A stretch of DNA of 63,082 bases, counting the filler, from Choristocarpus tenellus KU-1152 (lineage: Eukaryota > Protista > Phaeophyceae), in NCBI GenBank assembly GCA_964200185.2. It is 9 parts of 9 records of this genome, joined end to end, with 100 filler letters (N's around TTAATTAATTAA, not from the genome) between each part and the next. Parts side by side here need not be neighbours in the genome. Positions count along the whole stretch, not along the records: positions 51,174 to 54,675 come from CAXNAD020019600.1; positions 54,776 to 63,082 come from CAXNAD020004870.1; 7 more parts are not named here. One strand, given 5' to 3'. This document shows positions 52,230 through 63,082 of the stretch, piece after piece. The notes beneath the pieces are model-generated. The model was not told the origin of the DNA. It ran no database searches and worked only from the letters and a program-made list of their open reading frames with translations. A program made the position numbers and the translations under genes. How positions within the stretch are numbered: position 1 is the stretch's first letter; every line of letters begins with the position of its first letter.

Positions 52230-53694
52230 CTGTACAAGGTTGACCAATCCTTGTAGACCAGAGACTCCAGAAAGGAGATTTTGCTGCATATACAGGCACC
52301 GGAGTTGACTGGGAGTGAGACAGGTCGGGAATCGTGGGAGTTGGAGGGAGGGTCAGCAAGGCAAAGGGGTGGACACTTCACACTAGGTGTTGGCGGAAGC
52401 CATTTGATTCCGGCCTCTGGTTTTCTCATGGGATCATCTTGTCGCCAAATGAACAAACACGAAGCTGACTTGAAGGTTCTCACAGCAGCCTAATTAATTT
52501 TCCAGGAGTCGCCAGCAAGAGTCTTGGCATAGAATAAGCGTCACAAACAAACAAGAACCTTTCTGCCCCTTACACGTGTACCTGGCCTAGAAAGCAATCC
52601 TTTGGCTAGACGCACTTTCGTAACAGGAATACACTCTGAAAAATAGTTGACCCCTTGAACTATTAGAAGCGTAGTATGACTGAGAAAAGCTTGTGTTCAG
52701 AGGTAAATGCACCAATGTGTCCTACTCAATTACTGTTGTAGTGTCTATCAGCCAAACGGACGATCAGCAGATTGACATCATGACACGGAGAGGGGGTTAA
52801 GTTCTTCCCCTCTTCTGTCTGATAGACCTTGGGTGGTAATAATCTCTACTGGAAGATTTCCACTCCCTTGTTCCTCCCTTCACCCAGAGGACAACACTTC
52901 AGTTGCTGGAAGACTCTGCACTCATTCAAACATATTACCACTTGTAGGTATCTACAACCCAACCCACACTCTCTTCTGAGCAGGTAGCATTTAATTCATT
53001 GAGCAAAGGTTGTTGATAAAACTTGTACTTCAACAATGAGTGAAAGTATCTTAGAGGGTACGAGTTTTGCCCTCTTTGTCCGTTTGGGGCTTGGCTCCCC
53101 ACAGGTTTTTATTCCTACTCCGAAATGTTTCGGAGTAGGTAATATGTTTACATTATGAAAAGGTGTGTCCGGAACAAGGATATTGACACTTGCAAACAAA
53201 CGCAATAGCCAAAACTACATCAAAACCGCAACATTGGATTTTGGATCCCAAACGGACATGGCTCTACCCTCTAAGATACTTTGACTCAATAGATGTAGCT
53301 CACGGTGATGTTAACTTTTTATCCAAGCAACAGAACAATTCAATGTTTAGACAACAATTGAAGTCTTACCGATCAACAATTTGCTTTTGGAAGCAATAGC
53401 CGTGATCAGACGATTTTATATTGACCACAGCCTGTGCCCCTCAGTTTTTTTTGCAACTGATCCTAACCAAAGTCCGAAAATATTGTCAATATTAGTTGTC
53501 ATACGAGCTAAGCAATAATCCACTGACCTCAGGTGGTCCAATCCATGAATTGTGGACAAACCATTACCCCCAAGCCAAAGCGCCTTGAGATTAAGGTAGG
53601 GTTCCAGGTTTTGTACCTTCCGGTACCCCTTGAAGTGTAGGTATAACCTGTCGTTTAATTCCGGTGTTTCATAGCCTTCATCGTCCATTGCCGC
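52230..53694 (-). CDS. DNAAF1: Dynein axonemal assembly factor 1 (LRRC50/ODA7-like LRR protein), partial. Exons 53694-53528 and 52308-52230
   Basis: [48 protein letters not shown] is the characteristic DNAAF1 N-terminus. A phase-2 splice (AG|gtcagt ... cccag|T) continues into [27 protein letters not shown], the next SDS22-like LRR. Confidence 0.85.
53038..53287. mobile_element. MITE family A copy in a DNAAF1 intron
   Basis: Near-perfect 23-bp TIR GAGTGAAAGTATCTTAGAGGGTA / TACCCTCTAAGATACTTTGACTC; flanks AAT/AAT. Confidence 0.92.
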
Positions 53695-54181
53695 CTAGAG
53701 CAGTGGGAAGATATACAAGGGACATAGAACAATGCTTTCAAAACAGCAAACAATATACCGAGAGGAATACAAGCCATCACATAATATATAAGTGTTGAGC
53801 CAACAAGAATGAACAGATCACGTTGATGTTGCAAGGCTTCCACCCTTCAGCAACCTTTTGATGCGTACTCCGGGCTTTAAATGGTGCCCAGTGGCTCCTG
53901 CTAGGCAAGGAAATGAGGAATAGTATTAACGTCCTTTGGAGAGTTTCTTGAGTCTGAAGCCCAACAAATCCAAGCGCGATGCCTCACTGCAAGTTCTGCA
54001 TAGTTGGTTGGTTGCGATAACACTTTCATTTTGAGTGGATGGGACTATCAGACATCCAGCACCCAGTCCTCAACACTATCTTTCTAGTGCCTACCTCTAG
54101 GATCGATGCTGGAGTCATTACTGGCAATCCATAGGTGTCCAAGTCTTTCTTGGCCTGTGGGATTATGATGGGGAGATCAGA

Positions 54182-54440
54182 AAACTAAAGTATCTTAGAG
54201 GGTAGAGCTTCATCCATTCGGGGTCCAAAATCCAATTCGACGATTTTGATGTAATTTTGGCCATTGTGTTTGTTAGGAAGTGTCAATATCCAAGTTCTCG
54301 ACACACCTTTTCATAATGGATAAACTTTACCTACTCCTAAACATTTTAGAGTAGGAAAATGCTATTAAAAAAAACATGGGAAGCCAAGCCCCAAATGGAC
54401 AAACAGGGCAAAACTCGTACCCTCTAAGATACTTTCACTC
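54182..54440. mobile_element. MITE family A copy
   Basis: AAAGTATCTTAGAGGGTA ... TACCCTCTAAGATACTTTCACTC. Confidence 0.9.
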
Positions 54441-54775
54441 AGAAATATAAAAAATATTGCAGGAAGGAACGTAGATTTAGATTAATACCACATTATTGGA
54501 TTCAAGTGCACCATGCAGGACTGCCTCAGATAATGAAAATTTCCGGTGTTTTTGTTTTCTGTGGTACAAGTAAGGTGTCAATAGTTGACACTGAAAGAGG
54601 TTCATAGTATTCAAGAAATGGGGGGGGGGGGGCGCCGAGTTAGACCACATGAGCCTCTATGGGATGTTGTGAGTTNNNNNNNNNNNNNNNNNNNNNNNNN
54701 NNNNNNNNNNNNNNNNNNNTTAATTAATTAANNNNNNNNNNNNNNNNNNNNNNNNNNNNNNNNNNNNNNNNNNNN

Positions 54776-55380
54776 ATAATTCAGCCCCTTGGCGGCCATC
54801 TTCATTGTCACCTGACACACTGTGGATGACCGATTATCGAAGTTGATACTATGTATTGCGATCATCTTGGTCGGTGTGAGCTCCGAAGGTAGCCCACTAC
54901 CTTCCACCACACACCTAGGTCAAGTGTGTGGTCATGGGCGAGCTGATTGGCGACGTCCTCCCAGAGCCCTCACATGTAACGCTCGGAGACTCCAAACTAC
55001 TGCGAGGGCCAGCCCAATGTGTCGCGGCAGTTTATGCTCACCAGGGACCATCGCGCGGGCGTGCCGCACTGCAAGCTCAACCCTGGTATTCAGGGACACT
55101 TGGGCACCCTTCCTACATGGGGGGGTTGATGGGGGGGTTGCCATGCTGACGTTCTGAGCCTCGACGTGCCCAGTTCAGGCCTCAAAATCACACCAAAAGA
55201 CCCCTACCTTGACGAGTTGAAGCACCTCGAGTTTCCACCTGATGATCCTCGATCCCCACCTTTTCTGAAAGCTGAGATTGTCAACCCGATTTCATTCTGT
55301 GGGGTTGTCGTCCGGTTCGGCACCATTCTCGCTCAAGCGACCCCAGATGTTTCGTGGCACACACTTATGGCACAGAGTAG
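54776..55380 (-). mobile_element. Second, contig-truncated copy of the same mariner family (5' TIR and transposase N-terminus)
   Basis: Clearly alignable by eye to 41394-42000; ends GGCACACACTTATGGCACAGAGTAG|TA. Confidence 0.88.
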
Positions 55381-55663
55381 TATCGTAGTAGGCCCCTCGA
55401 CATTTTTTATTTCGCACGTGTACATATCATCCTGTGGACCTACTCGTTGATTGCCTGGCGTCATGAATCCTATATTGGTTGCACAGTTCTCTCCGAACCT
55501 TCCCTTTGAGGAGTAACTTGGGTTATTTACAGGTCAGATAACAGTAAAATTTGAAGAAATAGTAGTACTTACTTCAGAGTAATAGCAAATATCATAGTAG
55601 AACTATAGCTAGAGGTGTTACAAAACGCTCCTACTGCCTTCCTTACAAGGATATGTAGCTCCA

Positions 55664-55933
55664 GAGCCAAAGTATCTTAGAGAGGGTAGAGCCCTGTCCG
55701 TTTGGGAGTCAAAATCTGATATTGCGATCTTGATGTAATTCTAGCTATCGTGTTTGTCAGGAAGAATCAATATCCTTATTCCAGAGATGTACATGATGCC
55801 TACTCCAAAAACGTATATATTTCACCTACTCTGAAACATTTTGGAGCAGGAAAATGTCATAAAAAACCCGTGGGAAGCCAAGCTCTGAACGAACAGACAG
55901 GACAAAACTCGTATCCTCTAAGATACTTCAATC
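55664..55933. mobile_element. MITE family A copy
   Basis: GAGCCAAAGTATCTTAGAG ... CTCTAAGATACTTCAATC; TSD TCCA/TCCA. Confidence 0.88.
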
Positions 55934-57767
55934 TCCAATCCACAAGTCTCTAGGCTGATGACGAGGCTCACAGTCAGTGCCTGCGATATATTGATAGCTC
56001 GATAACCAAGGAAAAATGTGTTAATCAGGATGTTGAATGAAATGTCGAGTTTTCAGAAGCCATAATACAACTGAAAATTCTCAAGCTACCGATTTTACAC
56101 TATAGCTATTGGTTTGTCCGTGCGCATACTCACTTCTCGCACTGGATAGGACACGAGAAGCAACACATACACTAATCGCCTGAAATATGCCCCTCAGCCT
56201 GAACTGGGTATACATGTTTCACACTTGCCACGAGCAGTTGTCATACATTAAGAGAAAATAATCCGTCTATGACCTCAATCAGTCTGCAGCACCATGAATC
56301 TGTTATTATTGGATGTTGAGACTTAGCGTTTCAAGAAGGTTTGACTTTGAGTTGGTCTTAAAACGACTTCTGTTCCGAATGACCCAGTCACTTTTAAACA
56401 GTGACCAAAGAGCACCCTTGCTTTCTTTTGGAGAGTTCGTTCAAAAGTCACACGATACAATCAGACTCAGTTCACACCTGGTCTAATCAAAGTATCACTT
56501 GTCTCTTCTGGGTGTCTGGTTCAAAAGTTAATACATCTCTGACTTGGTCGACAATATAAGGATCCCCAGTTCCTGGATAACAGAGGCCTGGGTCGTCTTC
56601 ATCCCTTTGACAGGAGCGCCAGAGGCACGCGCCCAGAATTGGTCCAGGACGTCAGGAAAGACGGCATGTAGCGCATGTAAGGCTCATCGCCAGAAGCTAG
56701 CAGTTGAATTACGTGGTAAAGCATACACTGAATTATATTAATTGCCCGTCAACCATCCATCATCACTGACGTGTGAATGAACGTTGACTTATTATATGTT
56801 TATGGACGTACGTACTTTGTATCATACCTAACTAATTATAAACGTACGTATAACCTATGTTACATACTTATGTCAGCGCAAATAACGTAAGGATAACACT
56901 AGGTTATTCGACATCCTCCCCTTGCTGAAAACAAGTATGAACTCTCAAACAATCACAACAACTTGAGGGCATTACCAAGTAGGCTCCCTTTGAGGCAATA
57001 TAAAACTACCACAATCAATGTAAGGCCTTACAATTACATCTCCAACGATATTTCACCACTTCCCATCAGGGCAATTTCAGTGCAACCCACATGTCATCAA
57101 CAAAACTGCAATACCCCTGCAAATTACCTTCCACTAAAGATGGCAACAAATCTCATCCAAAGCAGGGCCAGCAAGTGCAAGCCTTCATCAACAACTAAAC
57201 CTTGTGGTCTGAGAAAATCAGGAATGAGTACATGCGCCAAGTTTCTCAACATCAACAGTGAAATGGGTCCCGCAGCCATTTCTAACGCTCTTTTGTCACC
57301 GTAAGTCTTGACAACACGTGCTCGTCATTCCCCATCATTCCCACTTAACGTGCACTCAGAACCATATCTCCAGTATCGATTTTTCAATAAGTAGGTGCTC
57401 CTGGGTGGCTTACTTGGCAAAACGATTTTATACACTGTTCTCGGTAGTCAAGTACGAAGTAGTTCCTCGAATACCTGTGACAGGTCTGTATAACAACATG
57501 CACGAGGGTACACAACTGTGTGAATGTGTGAAGACGTTTTCCTTCTGTAGTGAGGGTTGGAAGCGATAAACAAGGCGGAACAAAAATGGCAAGGCCAATA
57601 CTCTGGTTATTGTTTTTTGTGACTGAAAAATGCAAATGGGGTGCGAAGCTTCGGGGAAAAGACGCACTTCTTACACAGTAGACTAAGACCTGCAGCGGTC
57701 TTTGAGAGCAAACGACGCCAATTATATACTACTTGGTACATGTATATACATGTATATATATTTCGGT

Positions 57768-57806
<39 letters not shown>
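57768..57806. repeat. (CA)n microsatellite
   Basis: Directly visible. Confidence 0.95.
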
Positions 57807-57807
<1 letters not shown>

Positions 57808-59313
57808 GGTGTCGACAAAACGACTGATTGTATCCAGAACCGTTTTTCGACTGTTTCAACAGTGAAATGGTCTTAAGATAAAATCAAGTGACTTGATCAC
57901 ATGGCAGCCTGCGAGTGGCGTATGGGGCGGTGTTGACATTAAACCGAGTTCCACACAAGCCCTTCCTTTTCTGATTGTTTTACTCATAATGGAGAAGAAG
58001 CAGTTGCAGGATACAACAAACAACTGACTTGGGGAGCGGCAAGTTCCAAGGTCCACACACAACAGGCATTCAGAAAACGCGTGGTAAAAGGACGAAACCG
58101 TTTCCTGACTGATTCATCAATGAAACGAGAGACAAACAGGAAGTCTACACGGAAAGTTACGAAAGGTGTGCGGTGTTACTCGGAGCTCCCTCATGTGAGC
58201 AACACAGTTGTTTTCGCTATTTTCGGTCCTGTAGACTATCAATGGTAACCAATGAGTGCCAAATTTGACAACCATACGGTATGGACAATGAAGCAATCAT
58301 CATAGGACATGGATCTCCCAACTTCATGGGGATCGAGTTCTTTGACGAAGACAGAAAACGTGCCCTAATTCCTGCAAAGCACGTTCATGTTAAAGCACTA
58401 CCCACCTGTTGCGTAGGATGAACAACTGAGAACTCGTACATATGCGTGGCATTCTAGGGGAGAGGTGACAGACTGGAAAATCAGGGCTTCCATTTACTTT
58501 CTTTCAATCCTCTGTCTACTCTCCGCATTGTTTTTCACGCCCTCTTTGGAAGGAATTACACCAAAACTAAAAATAGCAACGGCATTATTGGTGATTTCCA
58601 GAACAATTTCATGAAGACCTCCTCAATCCTGTTTATGTACCATTCATTAAACTTCGTACAATTGAAACCTTTCCTACTCTGTGACACCCAGAGTGATTAT
58701 GACATATTTTTTCTCACACCCTACGTCAAGGAGAGGAGAAGAACGAAATCAACAATGGTATTATTGCTGATTAACAGTAGAAGAACAATGAGTTCTTTCT
58801 TTTGGACGTGTACCATGGCATACCATATGAGCTTAAAACTACACTGGGCGCCCAGAGTAATTATTAAGAGACTTCTTAGACTATTGGATGATATTGGTTC
58901 GGCAATCCAATGCTCAATACTGATACACTAACAGTATCAATATGATTCTTCACTATACAAATGAAGCGCATCGCGGCCCTAGAGCATGCATGCACTACAG
59001 AACAGAATGTTCTTCGCTGAGGCCCGTCAACATTCCTGTCAATAACACGTTGTTCACCACCGTAGGGTCCTATGTTGCATTCTCAATCCACGACTTGTTC
59101 CATGATAAAGAACATCATGTTATTAAGACAGAGGAGTAGGCAGCATGGATGATACGAAACACACCACAGTTCCACCAAAGTACTTCAGAGTAGTTCAAGT
59201 CAATAGGATACACTCTCCATGCAAGCTCTTTTACCCCTTCAATGAGAATAGCGCACCACTATTGTTAGTATCATACACTTGGCATCAATCTTCTTTCTTC
59301 AACTCCAACTCTA

Positions 59314-59496
59314 TCACTTCCTCTTTGGCAAGGGAGGTGGGGTTGCGTTCCCCTGTCTTAGACCTTCCCCCTCTGCTACTGGTGCTCTACGTGGCAGTGG
59401 CGGTGGTGTCTGACTATTATTCAAGAATGAATCCCTTTCATTGGTTGAACGGACCTTGCACTCGCTTCTCATAGTCGCCCTGGTTCTCTGTTTGCA
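59314..59496 (-). CDS. Putative terminal exon with two PPPLPxR motifs (upstream exons possibly at 59761-59946, 60256-60292 and 60.7-60.95 kb)
   Basis: ttag|TGC acceptor; 61 codons CKQRTRATMRSECK...TPPPLPRRAPVAEGEGLRQGNATPPPLPKRK*. Confidence 0.4.
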   Translation of the reverse strand, partial: CKQRTRATMRSECKVRSTNERDSFLNNSQTPPPLPRRAPVAEGEGLRQGNATPPPLPKRK

Positions 59497-62400
59497 CTAA
59501 GAGGCAGCAGCAGCAGCAGCACGGGCAATGAAATAAACATAGCAATAGTAATAGTCATAGAACACAGGAAAAAACGATCTTGTCTGCTGGGACAAGGTTG
59601 GAGAGCTATGTCAAGATCTCACAAAATAAAGGATAACATACATTAAAGAAAGATCCAGCATTAGGAGGGGACTGATACTTCGAAGAGATGTTTTAAAAAT
59701 TAAAGTCAAATTCTGGTTGGGAAATTATAAACATGATGGCGAATATCAAACATGACCTACCTGGTACATGGACACAAAAGTAGCAAAGAAACACACTGAA
59801 GTAGAGTCAAAAATGAGTCGGCAAATCCAATGTACTCGACAAACCTCCTCATCTACTATTGTAGATGCGGCCAAGGATGCATATAGAACATACATTTCAC
59901 AATGTCCAATCAACTGGGCGCGAGGGCAGAGTTGACTGACGAACACTGTTGATGAGTTACAACCAAGAGGAAAAAAGAAGGAGGGGAGGAAGTCTGTAGA
60001 TTCCTTCAACAGTAGGTGGAAATAAGGTTGGTATCCACTTCTACCATAACATCAAAGCAGGTCTTGAGGGCACAGTGGTGGTGGGGAATGGGGGCAGGAA
60101 GTGGAAGTTACAGTCACTACACTATGTGTGTGTGTAAGATTAAAGGAGGGCTGATGTGTACCATGCTTCAGAGTTAAATCAAACCTTGGCATTGATGTCC
60201 CTCTTTCGGCAGTGGTGAACAAACGAAACAAACATCTGTGTGTGAGCTACGTCAACCTGGAAGGGTAGTTTGGTCTCCAGGGGTTCCGTGAACCTTCAGA
60301 ACAGCCAGCAAGGAAAGGTTTGGGGAGCAACGAGGGAGGGGGAGAGGATACAAAAACAAAATGTAGAGGGCAGACGGCAGTGGGTGTGGAGAATTTGTTC
60401 GAGGCCTTCTACAAGCATTCTCACTGATAATGTTGATAATGAATAATAATAATAACAACACTATTGACGCTTAGTTTAGGGAGGGTCAAAAGGGGTAGAC
60501 CACAAGGTACAAACAAGACCCTAACCCTAACAAAATTGCCCCCAAAGAAGGGCAGCTGCCTACTCGTTCACAGGGACCAACAGAAAACAAAGAAAATCGG
60601 ATGGATATCGCCTACTCTTGGAATCCTTGACAGACAAAGACTCCACGTTTTTCCCCCTGGCCGATCGATCACTAATTACGATGAAGCCATTTTAACAAAA
60701 CGTCAACAAAATCTACTTCCCCTTCAATATTTTTTCGAAAAGTGCAGCATAAGAAAAAACGCACCACCCAGGGTAGAACTCGAATTCGTTTGTCTCTGTG
60801 TTGAACACCCCATACTTCCGCCAGGCACTGGGAGCTTCGAGGTCGCCGACAAGGGTTCTGAGGTGGTTCTTGATGAGAGATCGAAGGTGCAGCACGACCC
60901 CTCTCTCATCCGGGGTCATCCCTGCAACAGGCAGGAAGGTGTTCATTCAGAAGGAGGGAACGACTGAAACTGTCAGCAAGATAAACTCATCGGGAGTATC
61001 AAGTTGGCATGAACCAATCAAAAACCCTTTGCAGACATATGCAGAGTGCGCAGGACTTAAAGGTACATAAATAATAATGTTCTACATGTAACAAAAATAA
61101 GAGTGATGGCTGGGTTTCTAAGTTCACCTCCCTCCCCCTCACCCACACAACCCGACATTCTCACCCTACAGACCCATTACTTACTACTATTTATCACTAC
61201 TATCCTTGTATCACACTAGTCGGGGATGACCCTGACCCGAGGTCAGAGGCACTATACATCGCACAACTTCTCAAACTAACCATTGACTAAACCGTTTCAA
61301 TATGACAAATTGCACTTCCTCTGTTCCTGCCTTGCTTCTCGCACGTTGTGTTCAGCACTCCCACCCCTCATCGTTCTATATCCTTCCTCAAATCTTCTGT
61401 TGGACCTGCCCCGAAGTTTACACATTGATCTCGGTCTGGCGATTATATGACGGATAGGTTAGTACAGATGTACAATCAATACGTTGCGCTGAAGGTGTTG
61501 GAATAGGAATATCAAAACCAGATTTCCGATAAATGAAGCCTCGCCCGCGTCAAAGGGGTTTTAATGCACAATATATGTGCAGAAGAGGCGTGATAAAAAA
61601 AATTTCAACTGTTTTTATAATTTTCATTTTGAAGAGGAGTGTATGTACATAACAAAAATGTAAAAGAATTAGATTTGTAACGTATTTCCCATTCTTCAAC
61701 ATACTACCAAGAAACCTCTTCAATCCTTTCATCAGAAGAGGACTTCGATACTTGATATACCTTAAAGAACAGAGAGTCGAAACACTTAGTGGTTGCCGCA
61801 GTGTACATTATCCTACACTCATTTAAAATATCGACAATACTTCAGATTATACAGACTAGCCTCTCCATCAGACAGATATTACAAAGACAAAACAATAATG
61901 CTTTCCAAAGCATCCCTGGAGAGGGCAATGGTGGACTGCAGGTCCTGGGGAGTGCAAGCAGCACCCTCAGGCAACTTGAACATGTATTTTTTTGGTTTTT
62001 CTCCTCGAGTTTGGGTGGTGAAACGGTATTGGCTTCTAAACAGACATAAGTTTTCTTTTACAGCTGCAGTACTCACGTTACACCTGACACCGTTTTGTGT
62101 CTTTCCGACCACTTCTGCTATACAACTGTCTTTCTACAGGAAGGATACCTTGTGCAATACAAGATGCCAATGCTCCTGCCTGGCAGATCACCAGATAAAT
62201 TGTGTAACTGATACCCACCTCGCGTGGCTAGAACCATATCACTTGTGGCCGGAAGACCGGTTTAGATCGTAACGTTTTTGAGACCAGATGCAGCCTACAT
62301 GGGGTTGTGCGTGCCTACAATTCATATGGTTTGAAAACGAATGGGTGATATGCTATTAACAGCAGCTAGCTATTGCTAGACGCAAAGAGGGGGATACCTG

Positions 62401-63082
62401 TAAGTAGAATCATACTGCCCCCCTTGCCTTTCTATCTTTGATGTTGTCTGAAGAGGTCGGAACACATACAAAGTACAAGTTTGAATTTTCTTTAAAATGT
62501 TTCTACTACGAAAAATCGAAGAGATCGTTGAGCTTGCTATCTTACCATCGAGGGCATGACAAAAGCAATACCTGTCTACCTAGCTACCTACTTACCTACC
62601 CAACCAATCAGTCAGTCACGGCGGTTTTGTTCGGGTTCCAATAATCGCACGTCTACAAAAGCTAGTGCACAAAACGGCACTCTATCCAACCCCAGAAAAG
62701 GAGGTCAGTGCACGATTACGAAAATTTCCCTCCAGTCTGCAACAATAACAATAATAAACATATCCATGACAGGTTCCATTTAGGATCTCTAGAACACTGA
62801 CTCAACAAAATCCACACAGAAGTAAATCTTTCCCATTGTAGCTGGTCAAGGTGATTCGCTGTAGGTTCAGATGTACGACAGACTCATGATGTCCCGAACA
62901 TATTCGTAGAGTCAACCAGCGAATCCGGGGCTTGTTTTCACACCTGGTCATTGAGGAGCAACCTGCTTTCAGGATCTCAGCCTTCCATCAGTCTGCTTCA
63001 AGACCCCTCTATCAGTTCACTTTAAACCTCGCCTCTGGTGATTCTCAACCTCCCCCCATCACACAGAACTCAGTGCCACCAC

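Noticed and set aside
1-63082. Fanzor/TnpB, reverse transcriptase or giant-virus core genes
   Set aside because: No RuvC, YxDD or NCLDV hallmark motifs were recognisable in the ORF track or in the frames I translated by hand; heavily decayed copies cannot be excluded without a profile search.

Overview
Eukaryotic nuclear DNA, intron-rich and repeat-rich. It is not one locus: nine contigs are joined by artificial 100-bp linkers (N44-TTAATTAATTAA-N44) at 12642, 18834, 25241, 29173, 42926, 46636, 51074 and 54676, so synteny across linkers means nothing. The RCC1-repeat style, a ciliary DNAAF1 and TTAGGG repeats fit a flagellate-stage ochrophyte such as a brown alga (inference). Supported spliced genes, all partial: (1) a type-I membrane protein with RCC1-like repeats (one repeat per phase-0 exon), a Pro/Thr/Ser stalk and a TM helix (minus, 7929-12472); (2) the last four exons of a class-1 fructose-1,6-bisphosphatase (30039-33953); (3) two exons of DNAAF1/ODA7 (52230-53694). 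Weaker exons include a PPR-like one and several hypothetical ones. Mobile DNA: about 17 copies or fragments of two related MITE families sharing the TIR core AAAGTATCT with mostly 4-bp target duplications; a 1.73-kb fossil Tc1/mariner (DD39D-like, TA TSD) with a nested MITE, plus a second partial copy; and the 5' end of a pogo/Tigger-like element. The main unexplained structure is a diverged array of about 14 units at 12.8-16.4 kb, each a ~95-nt core with a hairpin plus a variable AT-rich spacer.
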